A stretch of DNA of 64,000 nucleotides from Lacisediminihabitans sp. (GTDB lineage Bacteria > Actinomycetota > Actinomycetes > Actinomycetales > Microbacteriaceae): contig DATNBR010000027.1 in assembly GCA_035571875.1 (NCBI GenBank), forward strand, positions 3,780 through 67,779, given 5' to 3'. The position numbers were made by a program, and so were the translations under genes. The notes beneath the pieces are model-generated. The model had not been told where the DNA came from. It saw only the letters and a program-made list of their open reading frames with translations, and did not search any database. Below, in pieces: positions 1-8,123 of the stretch (its first letter is position 1; every line of letters starts with the position of its first letter).

Positions 1-1
1 G

Positions 2-985
2 CAGGAGCCCCACGCGGTGCAGGAGCCGAGGGCCGAGCAGACACCCCAGTTCCCGCCACCGCTTCAGGCGCCCGAGCCAGAGCCGCAGTCGGCGCGACAG
101 CTGTCCAACGCGCTCGCGGAGTTCGACGCGCTCATGGGTAGCGACAGCCGGGACGCTCCGGCGCCGCTCACCGCAGCAACACAGCCCGCAGTAACACCGC
201 CCGCCGCGGCAGAGCAGGTGGCAGCCGAGCGGTCGGTGCCACAGGTCACGGCCGTCGCTCCCGAAAGCACGCCCGAACTGAGCGCTCCGTGGTCCATCCC
301 GCCCGCCGCAAGCGAGCCGACCGCAGCGCAGCCGGCGCCAGAGCCAGAGCCAGAGCCCGAACCCGGCGGCCCGGTGAGCGCAGCCTCGGCCACGGGCTCC
401 GACGTCACGGGACTCGAGGCCCCCATAACCGAGCAGTCTGTCGAGCCCATCCCGGCCGCCTCTACCGACGCACCCGTCTCCGCCGACGCGAGTCGTCCCT
501 TCACGGTGCCGACGGGCCACTGGTCTACGCAGGCCGCCGCCGATGACGACACCGAGGGCGTCGCGGTGACCCGCAACATCGGCGTGCCGAGCGGTTCGGC
601 CACGCCGAACCATCTCGTCATCTCCTCGGTACCGAACGCGAAGGACCTCCTGCTGCCGTTCAGTCCGACCGGCGAGATCATGGTGACGGGCACGATCGAC
701 CTGCCGCGCAGTCTCGGAACGACGGGCGCTCATCCGGCCAGGTACGACCACTCCGATGTCGACGCACTGCTCGAGGCGGGCGATCGCGAAGACAGCGACG
801 TCGACTCGGCCCCCGTGCGCGCCATCCGCGCCGTGAGCACTCACACCTCGAGTCGCGGCCTCATCGGCACCGGCAAGCCCCCGCGCAGCAGCAGGCTTCC
901 CATGGTGTTGGCGGTCTCGACCGCCGCTCTCGCCACGGTCGTCGTGGTGCTCTTCGTCGCCGGGTTCGTCCTTCACCTCTTCTAG
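2..985 (+). CDS. Pro/Ala/Glu-rich low-complexity protein with one C-terminal transmembrane anchor; 5' end probably outside the window
   Basis: ORF 17..985. The frame has no stop back to base 2 (QEPHA precedes the GTG at 17). There is a (PE)5 run at about 338..364 and a C-terminal hydrophobic helix LPMVLAVSTAALATVVVVLFVAGFVLHLF. No family recognised. Lies directly upstream of rsfS. Confidence 0.5.
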   Translation, partial: QEPHAVQEPRAEQTPQFPPPLQAPEPEPQSARQLSNALAEFDALMGSDSRDAPAPLTAATQPAVTPPAAAEQVAAERSVPQVTAVAPESTPELSAPWSIPPAASEPTAAQPAPEPEPEPEPGGPVSAASATGSDVTGLEAPITEQSVEPIPAASTDAPVSADASRPFTVPTGHWSTQAAADDDTEGVAVTRNIGVPSGSATPNHLVISSVPNAKDLLLPFSPTGEIMVTGTIDLPRSLGTTGAHPARYDHSDVDALLEAGDREDSDVDSAPVRAIRAVSTHTSSRGLIGTGKPPRSSRLPMVLAVSTAALATVVVVLFVAGFVLHLF

Positions 986-1032
986 CCCGTGACCGACTTC
1001 CTTTCCGCACCCTCCCTCCCCGATAGGACCCT

Positions 1033-1410
1033 GTGACCGCGACCGAACACGCCCGCGAACTCCTTCAGCTGGCCGCCGTTGCCGCCGATGCCAAGCAGGC
1101 GGAGGATCTCGTCGCGCTCGACGTCTCGGGACCGCTTCCGCTCGCCGACATCTTCCTGCTCGCAACGGGGCGCAACGAGCGCAACGTGATCGCCATCGCG
1201 AGCGAGATCGAGGATCGCCTGATCGAGGCCGGCACGAAGCCGCTCCGTCGCGAGGGCAGGTCCGAGGGTCGCTGGGTGCTGCTCGACTTCGGGGATCTCG
1301 TCGTGCACGTCTTCCACGAGGAGGACCGCGTGTACTACTCGCTCGAGCGCCTCTGGAAGGACTGCCCGGTCATCCCGATCGACCTTCCCGTGCGCGAAGC
1401 CACGGACTAG
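1033..1410 (+). CDS. rsfS: Ribosome silencing factor RsfS (Iojap family)
   Basis: 125 aa. Typical RsfS sequence: DLVALDVS...ADIFLLATGRNERNVIAIASEIEDRL...GRWVLLDFGDLVVHVFHEEDRVYYSLERLW. Confidence 0.9.
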   Translation: MTATEHARELLQLAAVAADAKQAEDLVALDVSGPLPLADIFLLATGRNERNVIAIASEIEDRLIEAGTKPLRREGRSEGRWVLLDFGDLVVHVFHEEDRVYYSLERLWKDCPVIPIDLPVREATD

Positions 1411-1426
1411 CCCTCAGCGGTATTCC

Positions 1427-2425
1427 GTGCCCGCGCGACTCGCCCTGCCGTCGTGGAAGAACACCGCGGATGACGCGCAGCTCACACGCGCCACGATCGA
1501 CGAGTGGGCCTCCAGTTCGGCGCTCGCGGGGCTGGTTCGCGCCAGCGGCACCGTGCCGCCCGCCCTCCGCGGCGGGGCACTGCTCGAGTGGCTGGACTCG
1601 TTCGCGGCGTCCCACTGGGACTTTCGCCGCGGTGCCGAACGCAACCTCGCCGCGCGCGTGTCCCTGCCCGCAGAGCTGGAGCGGCTGGTTGGAGAGGCCG
1701 CGCCCGTTCTCGGGCTGGCTGGTCCCTATGCGCTGCAGCAGCGCTCGTACGACACGATTCTCATGACCGGCGGCATGGTCCGCGCGGGCATCGTGAAGCC
1801 TCGATTCGCCCGGGAGCTGTTGAGCGCGGGAGTGACCGCGCGCAACGTCGTCTTTCTGGGAGCCTTTCGGCCGTTCGCGGGCGACGAGCTGCCCCTCGCT
1901 CCGCTGCTCGGCGTGAGGGGCGACAACGAGGTCGACTCGATGGTGTGCGGCATGGAGCTGGCGTTCGGTCCCCTCGGGAGTCCGGTCGTGGAGGGTGCGG
2001 AGAGCGGCAGCGGGAACGCAGCGTGGCGAGTGTGGACCTGGCACCTCCCGGACGTGACCCTGCGGGTGATCGCGGCCCCCTCATCCGAGCCGCTGCTGCG
2101 ACGTGCGAACACGGCCGACACCTACCGGTACTGGGCGGCCGGGATCCGCGAGCCGACCGGGGCCTCTGTGCTCGTCGTGACGACGCCGATCTACGTTCCG
2201 TATCAGGGTGCTGGCGCGGTCGAGATGCTCGGGCTGGAACACGGTCTCGCGGTCGAGACCGTCGGAACGAGCGACACGGCAAGTGACCTGGGGGAGTACA
2301 GCCAGCGCTTTCTCGCCCAGAATCACCTCCAGGAGTTGCGCGCGGCTATCGGGGCGATGCGCAGACTGCGTGTCAGGCTGAGCGAACGCGCGTCGACGGA
2401 AGGAGTCTCGAGTGGCGAACGGTAA
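1427..2425 (+). CDS. Hypothetical protein (332 aa), family not recognised
   Basis: Long ORF with strong G/C third-position bias, 17 nt after rsfS. Segments ILMTGGMVRAG and VLVVTTPIYVPYQ faintly resemble DUF218/YdcF-type folds, but I cannot support an assignment. Confidence 0.55.
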   Translation: MPARLALPSWKNTADDAQLTRATIDEWASSSALAGLVRASGTVPPALRGGALLEWLDSFAASHWDFRRGAERNLAARVSLPAELERLVGEAAPVLGLAGPYALQQRSYDTILMTGGMVRAGIVKPRFARELLSAGVTARNVVFLGAFRPFAGDELPLAPLLGVRGDNEVDSMVCGMELAFGPLGSPVVEGAESGSGNAAWRVWTWHLPDVTLRVIAAPSSEPLLRRANTADTYRYWAAGIREPTGASVLVVTTPIYVPYQGAGAVEMLGLEHGLAVETVGTSDTASDLGEYSQRFLAQNHLQELRAAIGAMRRLRVRLSERASTEGVSSGER

Positions 2426-2945
2426 GTACCCGGTGATGAACGGCGATCGGCTGCGACTGCGTCCACCGGTGGCCGGTGACGCCGAACCGCTGCTGTCGAT
2501 CCTGCTCGAACCGGAGGTCTCGACGTGGTGGTGCGGGTACACGGCCGAGAGGGTGCGCTCCGAGATGATCGACGCGGACGACCACCTCGTGATCGAGATC
2601 GACAGCCGCGCGGCTGGAGCGGTGGCCATCTACGAGAACAATGAACCGGAGTACCGCGCGACGGCACTGCACATCTTTCTTGGCGCCGAGTGGTACCGCA
2701 AGCGGTACGGTGCCGAAGCGCTGGCGACCGCGATCAACTTTCTCGCGGCGCAGGGACACCATCGCTTCACGCTCGACCCGAACGCGAACAACGAGCCGGC
2801 CATCCGGAGTTACGAGCGCCTCGGATTTCGGCGGATCGGTATCGCGCGCGACTATCAGCGCATGCCGAATGGTGAACTCAACGATGCACTGCTCATGGAC
2901 CTGGTGATCCGCGACTTCCCGGATGGGCGCGTCGACTGGCGGTGA
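2412..2945 (+). CDS. GNAT family N-acetyltransferase
   Basis: 177 aa. GNAT-like layout: N-terminal LRLRPPVAGDAEPL, then RKRYGAEALATAINFLAAQGHHRFTLDPNANNEPAIRSYERLGFRRIG (acetyl-CoA binding region). Start is either GTG 2412 (14-nt overlap with the upstream ORF) or ATG 2436. Confidence 0.8.
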   Translation: MANGKYPVMNGDRLRLRPPVAGDAEPLLSILLEPEVSTWWCGYTAERVRSEMIDADDHLVIEIDSRAAGAVAIYENNEPEYRATALHIFLGAEWYRKRYGAEALATAINFLAAQGHHRFTLDPNANNEPAIRSYERLGFRRIGIARDYQRMPNGELNDALLMDLVIRDFPDGRVDWR

Positions 2946-3025
2946 CGGCGCGGATCGCGGCGCGGTTCAAGCGGCCGCCGGTTGTGTAGTAATCTTGTCA
3001 AGCTGTCCGGTTCGCTGGACGGCAT

Positions 3026-3102
3026 GGGTCCATGGCGCAGCCTGGTAGCGCACCTGCATGGCATGCAGGGGGTCAGGGGTTCGAATCCCCTTGGATCCAC
3101 CA
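3026..3102 (+). tRNA. tRNA-Ala (anticodon GGC), CCA end encoded
   Basis: Hand-folded cloverleaf. Acceptor GGGTCCA/TGGATCC with the G3:U70 alanine identity pair, D arm GCGC/GCGC, anticodon stem CCTGC/GCAGG with loop ATGGCAT (anticodon GGC), T arm AGGGG-TTCGAAT-CCCCT, discriminator A followed by CCA. Confidence 0.9.
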
Positions 3103-3142
3103 CACGAGTACTCCGCCCGAGCGACGATGAGAAGGCCGCAGC

Positions 3143-3691
3143 CTAGTCGCGCGCGCGCTGGCGGAACGCGATCATGTTCATGCGGTTGCCGCAGCGGATG
3201 CTGCAGAACTGTTTCGAGCCGTTGCGCGAGAGGTCGATGAGAACTCCCGAGCAGTCCTCCGCGGCGCAGGAGCGCAGCCGTGCCGTCTCGCCCGAGCGAA
3301 TCACATCGATCATCGCGAGTGCCACCTCGACGCGGATGCGTTCGGCCAGCGGCGCGTCGTGGGCGGTGGCGTGCAGGTGCCAGTCGAAGCCGTCGTGGCG
3401 CATGAGGTAGGGGAGGGCGCGAGCGTCGCGCAGCATTCCGTTGACTTCGAGTGCGGCCGCGTCTCGATCCAGGCTCCAGAGGTGACGGATGCGCTCCCTC
3501 GTCTCGCGCACGTCCCGCAGCTCGGCCTCGTCACGGTCGAACCTGCCGGAGTACCGATGCTCGGTGAGCAGCGCCGTGAGCAGGGCGGGAGAATCCAGCT
3601 CGTCTGAGCCGCTCTTGGTGGCGCCGGCGATGGTGTTTCCGAGGGCGACCGCGAACGTCAGAGCGTCCTCCGTGTCAGGGGCAAAACGCAA
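3143..3691 (-). CDS. CGNR zinc-finger domain protein (ABATE N-terminal domain plus zf-CGNR)
   Basis: 182 aa. C-terminus CAAEDCSGVLIDLSRNGSKQFCSIRCGNRMNMIAFRQR carries the CGNR Cys4 signature. Confidence 0.85.
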   Translation of the reverse strand: MRFAPDTEDALTFAVALGNTIAGATKSGSDELDSPALLTALLTEHRYSGRFDRDEAELRDVRETRERIRHLWSLDRDAAALEVNGMLRDARALPYLMRHDGFDWHLHATAHDAPLAERIRVEVALAMIDVIRSGETARLRSCAAEDCSGVLIDLSRNGSKQFCSIRCGNRMNMIAFRQRARD

Positions 3692-3762
3692 ATTGACTCC
3701 TTACTCATGACCAGACTAACGTCGTGCCTGCAGCACCACCAGCACTCGCCGCGAGGAACCCC

Positions 3763-4737
3763 ATGAAACGCCCGTCGACCTCTGTAGGACTCGTGATCGC
3801 GCTCGTCGCCGCGGCCACGTTCGGCACCTCCGGCGCGTTCGTGAAACCGTTGCTCGAGGCTGGGTGGAGCCCGGCCGCGGCCGTCACGGTCCGCGCCATC
3901 ATGGGCGGCCTCGTGCTCGCGCCGGTCGCCACCGTGATGCTACGCGGAAACTGGGGCGCGCTCTGGCGCGGTCGCTGGCGAGTCCTCGGCATGGCGCTCA
4001 TCGGTGTGGCGGGAACGCAACTGGCCTACTTCGCGGCGATCCAGCGCATCCCGGTCGGCACCGGCATCCTCATCGAATACCTCGCGCCACTTCTGCTCGT
4101 CGCCCTGGTCTGGGCGCGTAGCCGCCGCGCACCGAAGGCGGTGGTTCTCGTCGGGTCTGTTGTCGCTCTCGTCGGCCTCGTGCTCGTCGTCTCGCCCGGT
4201 GGCGGCGGCAGCCTCGACCTTCTGGGCCTCGGCTTCGCGCTGCTCGCGATGGTCGGATGCGCGGTCTACTACCTCGTGGCCGCGCGCCCGAACGACGGCC
4301 TGCCACCCGTGGCCCTCGCGGCATCCGGACTTCTCATCGGTGGCGTGGCGCTGGGGCTCGTCGGTCTCACCGGAATTCTGCCGATGACGGCCGCGTTCGG
4401 TCAGGTTCACCTCTTCGGAGGACTCGTGCCCTGGTGGGTGCCCCTCGCCGTGGTCGGCATCGTGTCGACCGCCATTGCCTACGCGACGAGCATCACGGCC
4501 AGCGCCATCCTCGGCTCACGCCTCGCCTCCTTCGTCGGCCTGCTCGAGGTGGTCGCCGCCACCTTCTACGCGTGGCTCCTGCTCGGCGAGCAACTCAGCC
4601 TCGCCCAGTTGCTCGGCGGCGTGCTCATCCTGGTCGGCATCGGCTTCGTACGCTCCGAGAAGACAGATGCGCCGATCGAGCCCGCGTCGACCGGCGCGAT
4701 CGACGTCTCCGCGGTGCGGCCCGCGACGCGGGACTAG
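3763..4737 (+). CDS. EamA/DMT-family transporter (10-TM type)
   Basis: Polytopic hydrophobic protein with duplicated EamA-like halves. ATG 3763 is preceded by GAGGA at 3753..3757. The track ORF starts at GTG 3724, only 33 nt from the divergent CGNR gene. Confidence 0.8.
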   Translation: MKRPSTSVGLVIALVAAATFGTSGAFVKPLLEAGWSPAAAVTVRAIMGGLVLAPVATVMLRGNWGALWRGRWRVLGMALIGVAGTQLAYFAAIQRIPVGTGILIEYLAPLLLVALVWARSRRAPKAVVLVGSVVALVGLVLVVSPGGGGSLDLLGLGFALLAMVGCAVYYLVAARPNDGLPPVALAASGLLIGGVALGLVGLTGILPMTAAFGQVHLFGGLVPWWVPLAVVGIVSTAIAYATSITASAILGSRLASFVGLLEVVAATFYAWLLLGEQLSLAQLLGGVLILVGIGFVRSEKTDAPIEPASTGAIDVSAVRPATRD

Positions 4738-4750
4738 ACGGCAGAACCCT

Positions 4751-5923
4751 TCAGGCGAGGGCGCGGCGGCGCATCCTGGCCTTGAAACGAGGGGAATCGG
4801 GGATGCGCGCGAGCAGCGGACCCACGATGATCGTGATGAGAACGTAGGCGGTCGCCAGTGGGGCGAGCTGCGGTTCGATGCCGGCGCCCACCGCGAGGCC
4901 GGCGATCACGATCGAGAACTCCCCGCGCGGTGTGAGGGTGAGTCCGGTGCGCCAGCGGCCGGGGCGACCCAGCCCGGCACGTCTGGCGGCGAGATAGCCG
5001 CTCAGGAACTTCGTTCCCATCGTGACGACGGCAAGCGCCAGGGCGGGCAGCAGCACGGGCGGGATGTCGTTCGGGTCGGTGGCGAGGCCGAAGAACACGA
5101 AGAAGACGGCAGCGAACAGGTCTCGCAGCGGGGTCAGCACCCGCGCTGCGTGTTCGGCGACAGGGCCGGAGATCGCGATGCCCACGAGGAAGGCGCCCAC
5201 CGCTGCCGACACGCTCACCTGCTCCGCGGCGCCGGCGACGAGCATGGTGAGGCCGAGCACGCCGAGCAGCAGCGGCTCGGGGTGCTGCACGGAGAACAGC
5301 TTTGCCACCAAGCGACCGTGCCGCAGGGCGATGTAGAGGATGACGACGACGACCGTGACGGCGATGGCCACCGTGATCGCGCCGTCGATGAGCGCGGCAC
5401 CGACGACGAGAGCGGACAGCACGGGTAGGTAGAACGCCATCGCCAGGTCCTCGATCACGAGGATCGAGAGGATGACGGGCGTCTCACGGTTGCCGAGGCG
5501 ACCGAGATCGCGCATGACCTTGGCGATCACACCTGAGGAGGACACCCAGGTGATGCCAGCGAGCGCGACCGCGGCGATCGGTCCCCAGCCAAGCAGCAAA
5601 CCGAACAGCGCGCCCGGAACCGCGTTGAATAATCCGTCGAGCAAACCTGCAACCCTCGACTGCTTGAGGCTCCCCATGAGCTCGGCGGCGGAGTACTCCA
5701 GACCCAGCATCGCCAGGAGCAGAATCACACCGATCTCGGAGCCCACCGCGAAGAACTCCTCGCTCGCGTTCATGGGGGCGAAGCCGCCCCTGCCGAAGAT
5801 GAGGCCGGCGACGAGGTACAACGGAATGGGCGACACGCCAATGCGGATAGCGAATCGCCCGAGGATGCTCAACCCGAGGAGCAGGGCACCCACCTCGATG
5901 AGCAGCACGGTTGTGTCATGCAT
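4751..5923 (-). CDS. Cation:proton antiporter (CPA2 / Kef-type Na+(K+)/H+ exchanger membrane subunit)
   Basis: 390 aa polytopic protein with Na_H_Exchanger-like sequence. Located immediately downstream of a TrkA-C regulatory subunit gene. Confidence 0.85.
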   Translation of the reverse strand: MHDTTVLLIEVGALLLGLSILGRFAIRIGVSPIPLYLVAGLIFGRGGFAPMNASEEFFAVGSEIGVILLLAMLGLEYSAAELMGSLKQSRVAGLLDGLFNAVPGALFGLLLGWGPIAAVALAGITWVSSSGVIAKVMRDLGRLGNRETPVILSILVIEDLAMAFYLPVLSALVVGAALIDGAITVAIAVTVVVVILYIALRHGRLVAKLFSVQHPEPLLLGVLGLTMLVAGAAEQVSVSAAVGAFLVGIAISGPVAEHAARVLTPLRDLFAAVFFVFFGLATDPNDIPPVLLPALALAVVTMGTKFLSGYLAARRAGLGRPGRWRTGLTLTPRGEFSIVIAGLAVGAGIEPQLAPLATAYVLITIIVGPLLARIPDSPRFKARMRRRALA

Positions 5924-5935
5924 GGCGGGCGGGGG

Positions 5936-6430
5936 TTAGCTCGGGCCGCGGGCGATGAGCTCGCTGAGGGCGTCGAGGCCCCCTCGAGTTCCCACGGCAA
6001 CGATGATGTCGCCGTGCTCGAAGGGAACGTCGGGGGTCGGCGACGGCACGACGTGCGAACCACGCACGATCGCCACGATCGACGCGCTCGTCTTGGTTCG
6101 CGCCTTAGTGTCGCCCATCGGGCGACCGACGAAGGCGGAGTCCGCGGGAAGCGAGATCTGCTCGGTGAAGACCCCAGCGGTCTGGTCGCCGAGGCCGGCG
6201 AGCTGGCCGAGCATGAGGGACGCGCCGAGCACGTCGGCGAGAGCAGCCGCCTCATCGTCCGTGAGAGTGATCGAGTCGCTGCTGGAATCAGGGTCGTCGA
6301 CGTCGAAGATCGCGAGATCGCGTTCGCCCGATCGGTGTGACACCACGCTGATCTTGCGCCCTCCTGCGGTAAGCACGTCGTGCCGCATACCGATTCCGGG
6401 CAGGTCTACTCGCTGTACACGGACTCCCAT
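5936..6430 (-). CDS. Cation:proton antiporter regulatory subunit (TrkA-C domain, KhtT-like)
   Basis: 164 aa. N-terminal VQRVDLPGIGMRHDV...ISVVSHRSGERDLAIF and a C-terminal TrkA-C-like segment (VGRPMGDTKARTKTSASIVAIVRG...GDIIVAVGT). Forms an operon with the CPA2 gene. Confidence 0.8.
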   Translation of the reverse strand: MGVRVQRVDLPGIGMRHDVLTAGGRKISVVSHRSGERDLAIFDVDDPDSSSDSITLTDDEAAALADVLGASLMLGQLAGLGDQTAGVFTEQISLPADSAFVGRPMGDTKARTKTSASIVAIVRGSHVVPSPTPDVPFEHGDIIVAVGTRGGLDALSELIARGPS

Positions 6431-6443
6431 GCATCGAGGCTAC

Positions 6444-6460
6444 CAGCCGGCCCATCCGGC
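6444..6460 (-). terminator. Hairpin downstream of the SDR gene (AGCCGG-CCCAT-CCGGCT)
   Basis: 6-bp GC stem read directly from the sequence, about 47 nt after the stop at 6507. No U-tract, which is common in actinobacteria. Confidence 0.35.
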
Positions 6461-6506
6461 TTCCTGGGCTGTGTGGTCATGTGCGCAATCGTAGGATGTC
6501 CGGTCG

Positions 6507-7979
6507 TCACCAGGCTGCCGGCGTGTAGTCCTTGAGGAAGACGCCGTAGAGGTCTTCACCGGCCTCTCCGCGCACGATCGGGTCGTAGACTCGCGCCGCT
6601 CCGTCGACGAGGTCGAGGGGCGCGTGGAAGCCCTCCTCGGCGAGCCTGACCTTGGTGGGATGCGGACGCTCATCCGTGATCCAGCCGGTGTCGACGCTCG
6701 TCATGAGGATGCCGTCGGTCTCGAGCATCTCCTTGGCACTCGTGCGCGTGAGCATGTTGAGCGAGGCCTTGGCCATGTTGGTGTGTGGATGGCCCGGACC
6801 CTTGTAGCCGCGGCCGAACTGCCCTTCCATCGCGGACACGTTCACGATGTAGGTGCGACGGGCCTCGGAGGCCGCCATCGCGGGCCGCAGGCGGCTCACG
6901 AGCAGGAACGGTGCGGTGACGTTCGCGAGCTGCACCTCGAGCATCTCGAGCGGGTCGACCTCGTGCACGTGTTGGGTCCAGCTGTTGGCGTCGTGGTGGT
7001 CGGGCACGAGGCCGCCGGCATCGATCGCGGTGCCCGCCGCGAGGCGGTCGAGCGACGACGAACCCGCCGCCATCGCAAGAGCCGTGAGTTCGTCCGCGGT
7101 GCGGCCGCCCGCCTGGGACAGGACCTGCTGCGAGAGCAGCGGATGCGTCGCGATCGAGGCCGCGAGCGCCTGCGGATGCGCGTCGTTCGTGTGTCCGAAG
7201 GTGAGCAGCTCCGGCAACGGTCCGTCGGGCAGCGGCTGGGACTCGCCCTCCGAGAGTGGCGCATACGCGCCGGGGGAGCGTCGCACGGTCTGCGCGGCGT
7301 TGTTGATGAGGATGTCGAGCGGTCCAGCCTCGATCATCGCGTCGCAGAGGCCGATCACCTGCGCGGGGTCCCGCAGGTCGATGCCCACCACGCGCAGGCG
7401 ATGCAACCACTCGTGAGCGTCGGGCAGCGAGGAAAAGCGGCGCACGGCATCCCGGGGAAAGCGCGTCGTGATCGTGGTGTGGGCGCCATCGCGCAGGAGG
7501 CGGAGAGCGATGTACATGCCGATCTTGGCCCGGCCGCCGGTGAGCAGCGCACGCCTGCCGCTGAGGTCGGTGCGGGCGTCGCGCTTGGCGTGGCTCATCG
7601 CGGCGCAGTCAGGGCACAGCTGGTGGTAGAACGAGTCGACCTGCGTGTAGGGCTGTTTGCAGATGTAGCAGGGGCGTGGCTTCTGCAGGACGCCCGCGGT
7701 CGGGGCTGCGACGGTGATTGCGAGCGGGATGCCGCGGGTCTCGTCGTCGATGCGGTCGGGCGCTCCGGTCGCCGTGGCCGCGACGACGGCGCGATCCGCA
7801 TCCGCAATCTCGGCTCGCTTCTGGAGGCGCCGGGTCTTCTTGACCGACTTGAACATGCGCGCCGTGGCCTGGCGCACGGTCACGAAATCCGGATGTTCCT
7901 CGTCGAGGCCGTCCATCGCCGCGAGTACCCGAAGGGTCACTTCGAGTTCGGCTGGGTCGATGGGATGGTCTGAGGGCAC
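6507..7979 (-). CDS. SDR-family NAD(P)-dependent oxidoreductase with a roughly 140-aa N-terminal extension containing a CxxC-x14-CxxC motif
   Basis: Rossmann motif ALLTGGRAKIGMYIA from about aa 144, NNAA motif (ILINNAAQT). The N-terminal region has C104/C107/C122/C125. GTG start at 7979. Confidence 0.8.
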   Translation of the reverse strand: MPSDHPIDPAELEVTLRVLAAMDGLDEEHPDFVTVRQATARMFKSVKKTRRLQKRAEIADADRAVVAATATGAPDRIDDETRGIPLAITVAAPTAGVLQKPRPCYICKQPYTQVDSFYHQLCPDCAAMSHAKRDARTDLSGRRALLTGGRAKIGMYIALRLLRDGAHTTITTRFPRDAVRRFSSLPDAHEWLHRLRVVGIDLRDPAQVIGLCDAMIEAGPLDILINNAAQTVRRSPGAYAPLSEGESQPLPDGPLPELLTFGHTNDAHPQALAASIATHPLLSQQVLSQAGGRTADELTALAMAAGSSSLDRLAAGTAIDAGGLVPDHHDANSWTQHVHEVDPLEMLEVQLANVTAPFLLVSRLRPAMAASEARRTYIVNVSAMEGQFGRGYKGPGHPHTNMAKASLNMLTRTSAKEMLETDGILMTSVDTGWITDERPHPTKVRLAEEGFHAPLDLVDGAARVYDPIVRGEAGEDLYGVFLKDYTPAAW

Positions 7980-7984
7980 ACAAG

Positions 7985-7990
7985 ATTCTA
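7985..7990 (-). promoter_or_regulatory. -10-like hexamer TAGAAT, 5 nt upstream of the SDR GTG start (possible leaderless transcript)
   Basis: Minus-strand reading is cgTAGAATcttgtGTG. It matches the TANNNT actinobacterial -10 pattern. No convincing -35. Confidence 0.35.
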
Positions 7991-8025
7991 CGATGTGGCC
8001 GACGCCTCCCGACCATGCGGGTTCA

Positions 8026-8065
8026 TGTCAACGATGCGCCGGCCAGAACAGCAGCATCGTTGACA
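8026..8065. promoter_or_regulatory. Perfect 12-bp inverted repeat TGTCAACGATGC-N16-GCATCGTTGACA in a divergent intergenic region
   Basis: Read directly from the sequence. Each arm contains TTGACA facing outward. A third degenerate copy, GCATCGTCA, follows at about 8073. Confidence 0.6.
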
Positions 8066-8123
8066 AAGAGCCGCATCGTCAGGGATGAACCTCTGGCGCG
8101 GGCGGATGTGGCACGGTTGACCC

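Noticed and set aside
3103-6500. Genomic island integrated next to tRNA-Ala
   Set aside because: There is no integrase, I noticed no repeat of the tRNA 3' end downstream, and the flanking genes (CGNR regulator, EamA transporter, CPA2 antiporter) look like ordinary chromosomal genes with the same composition as the rest of the window.
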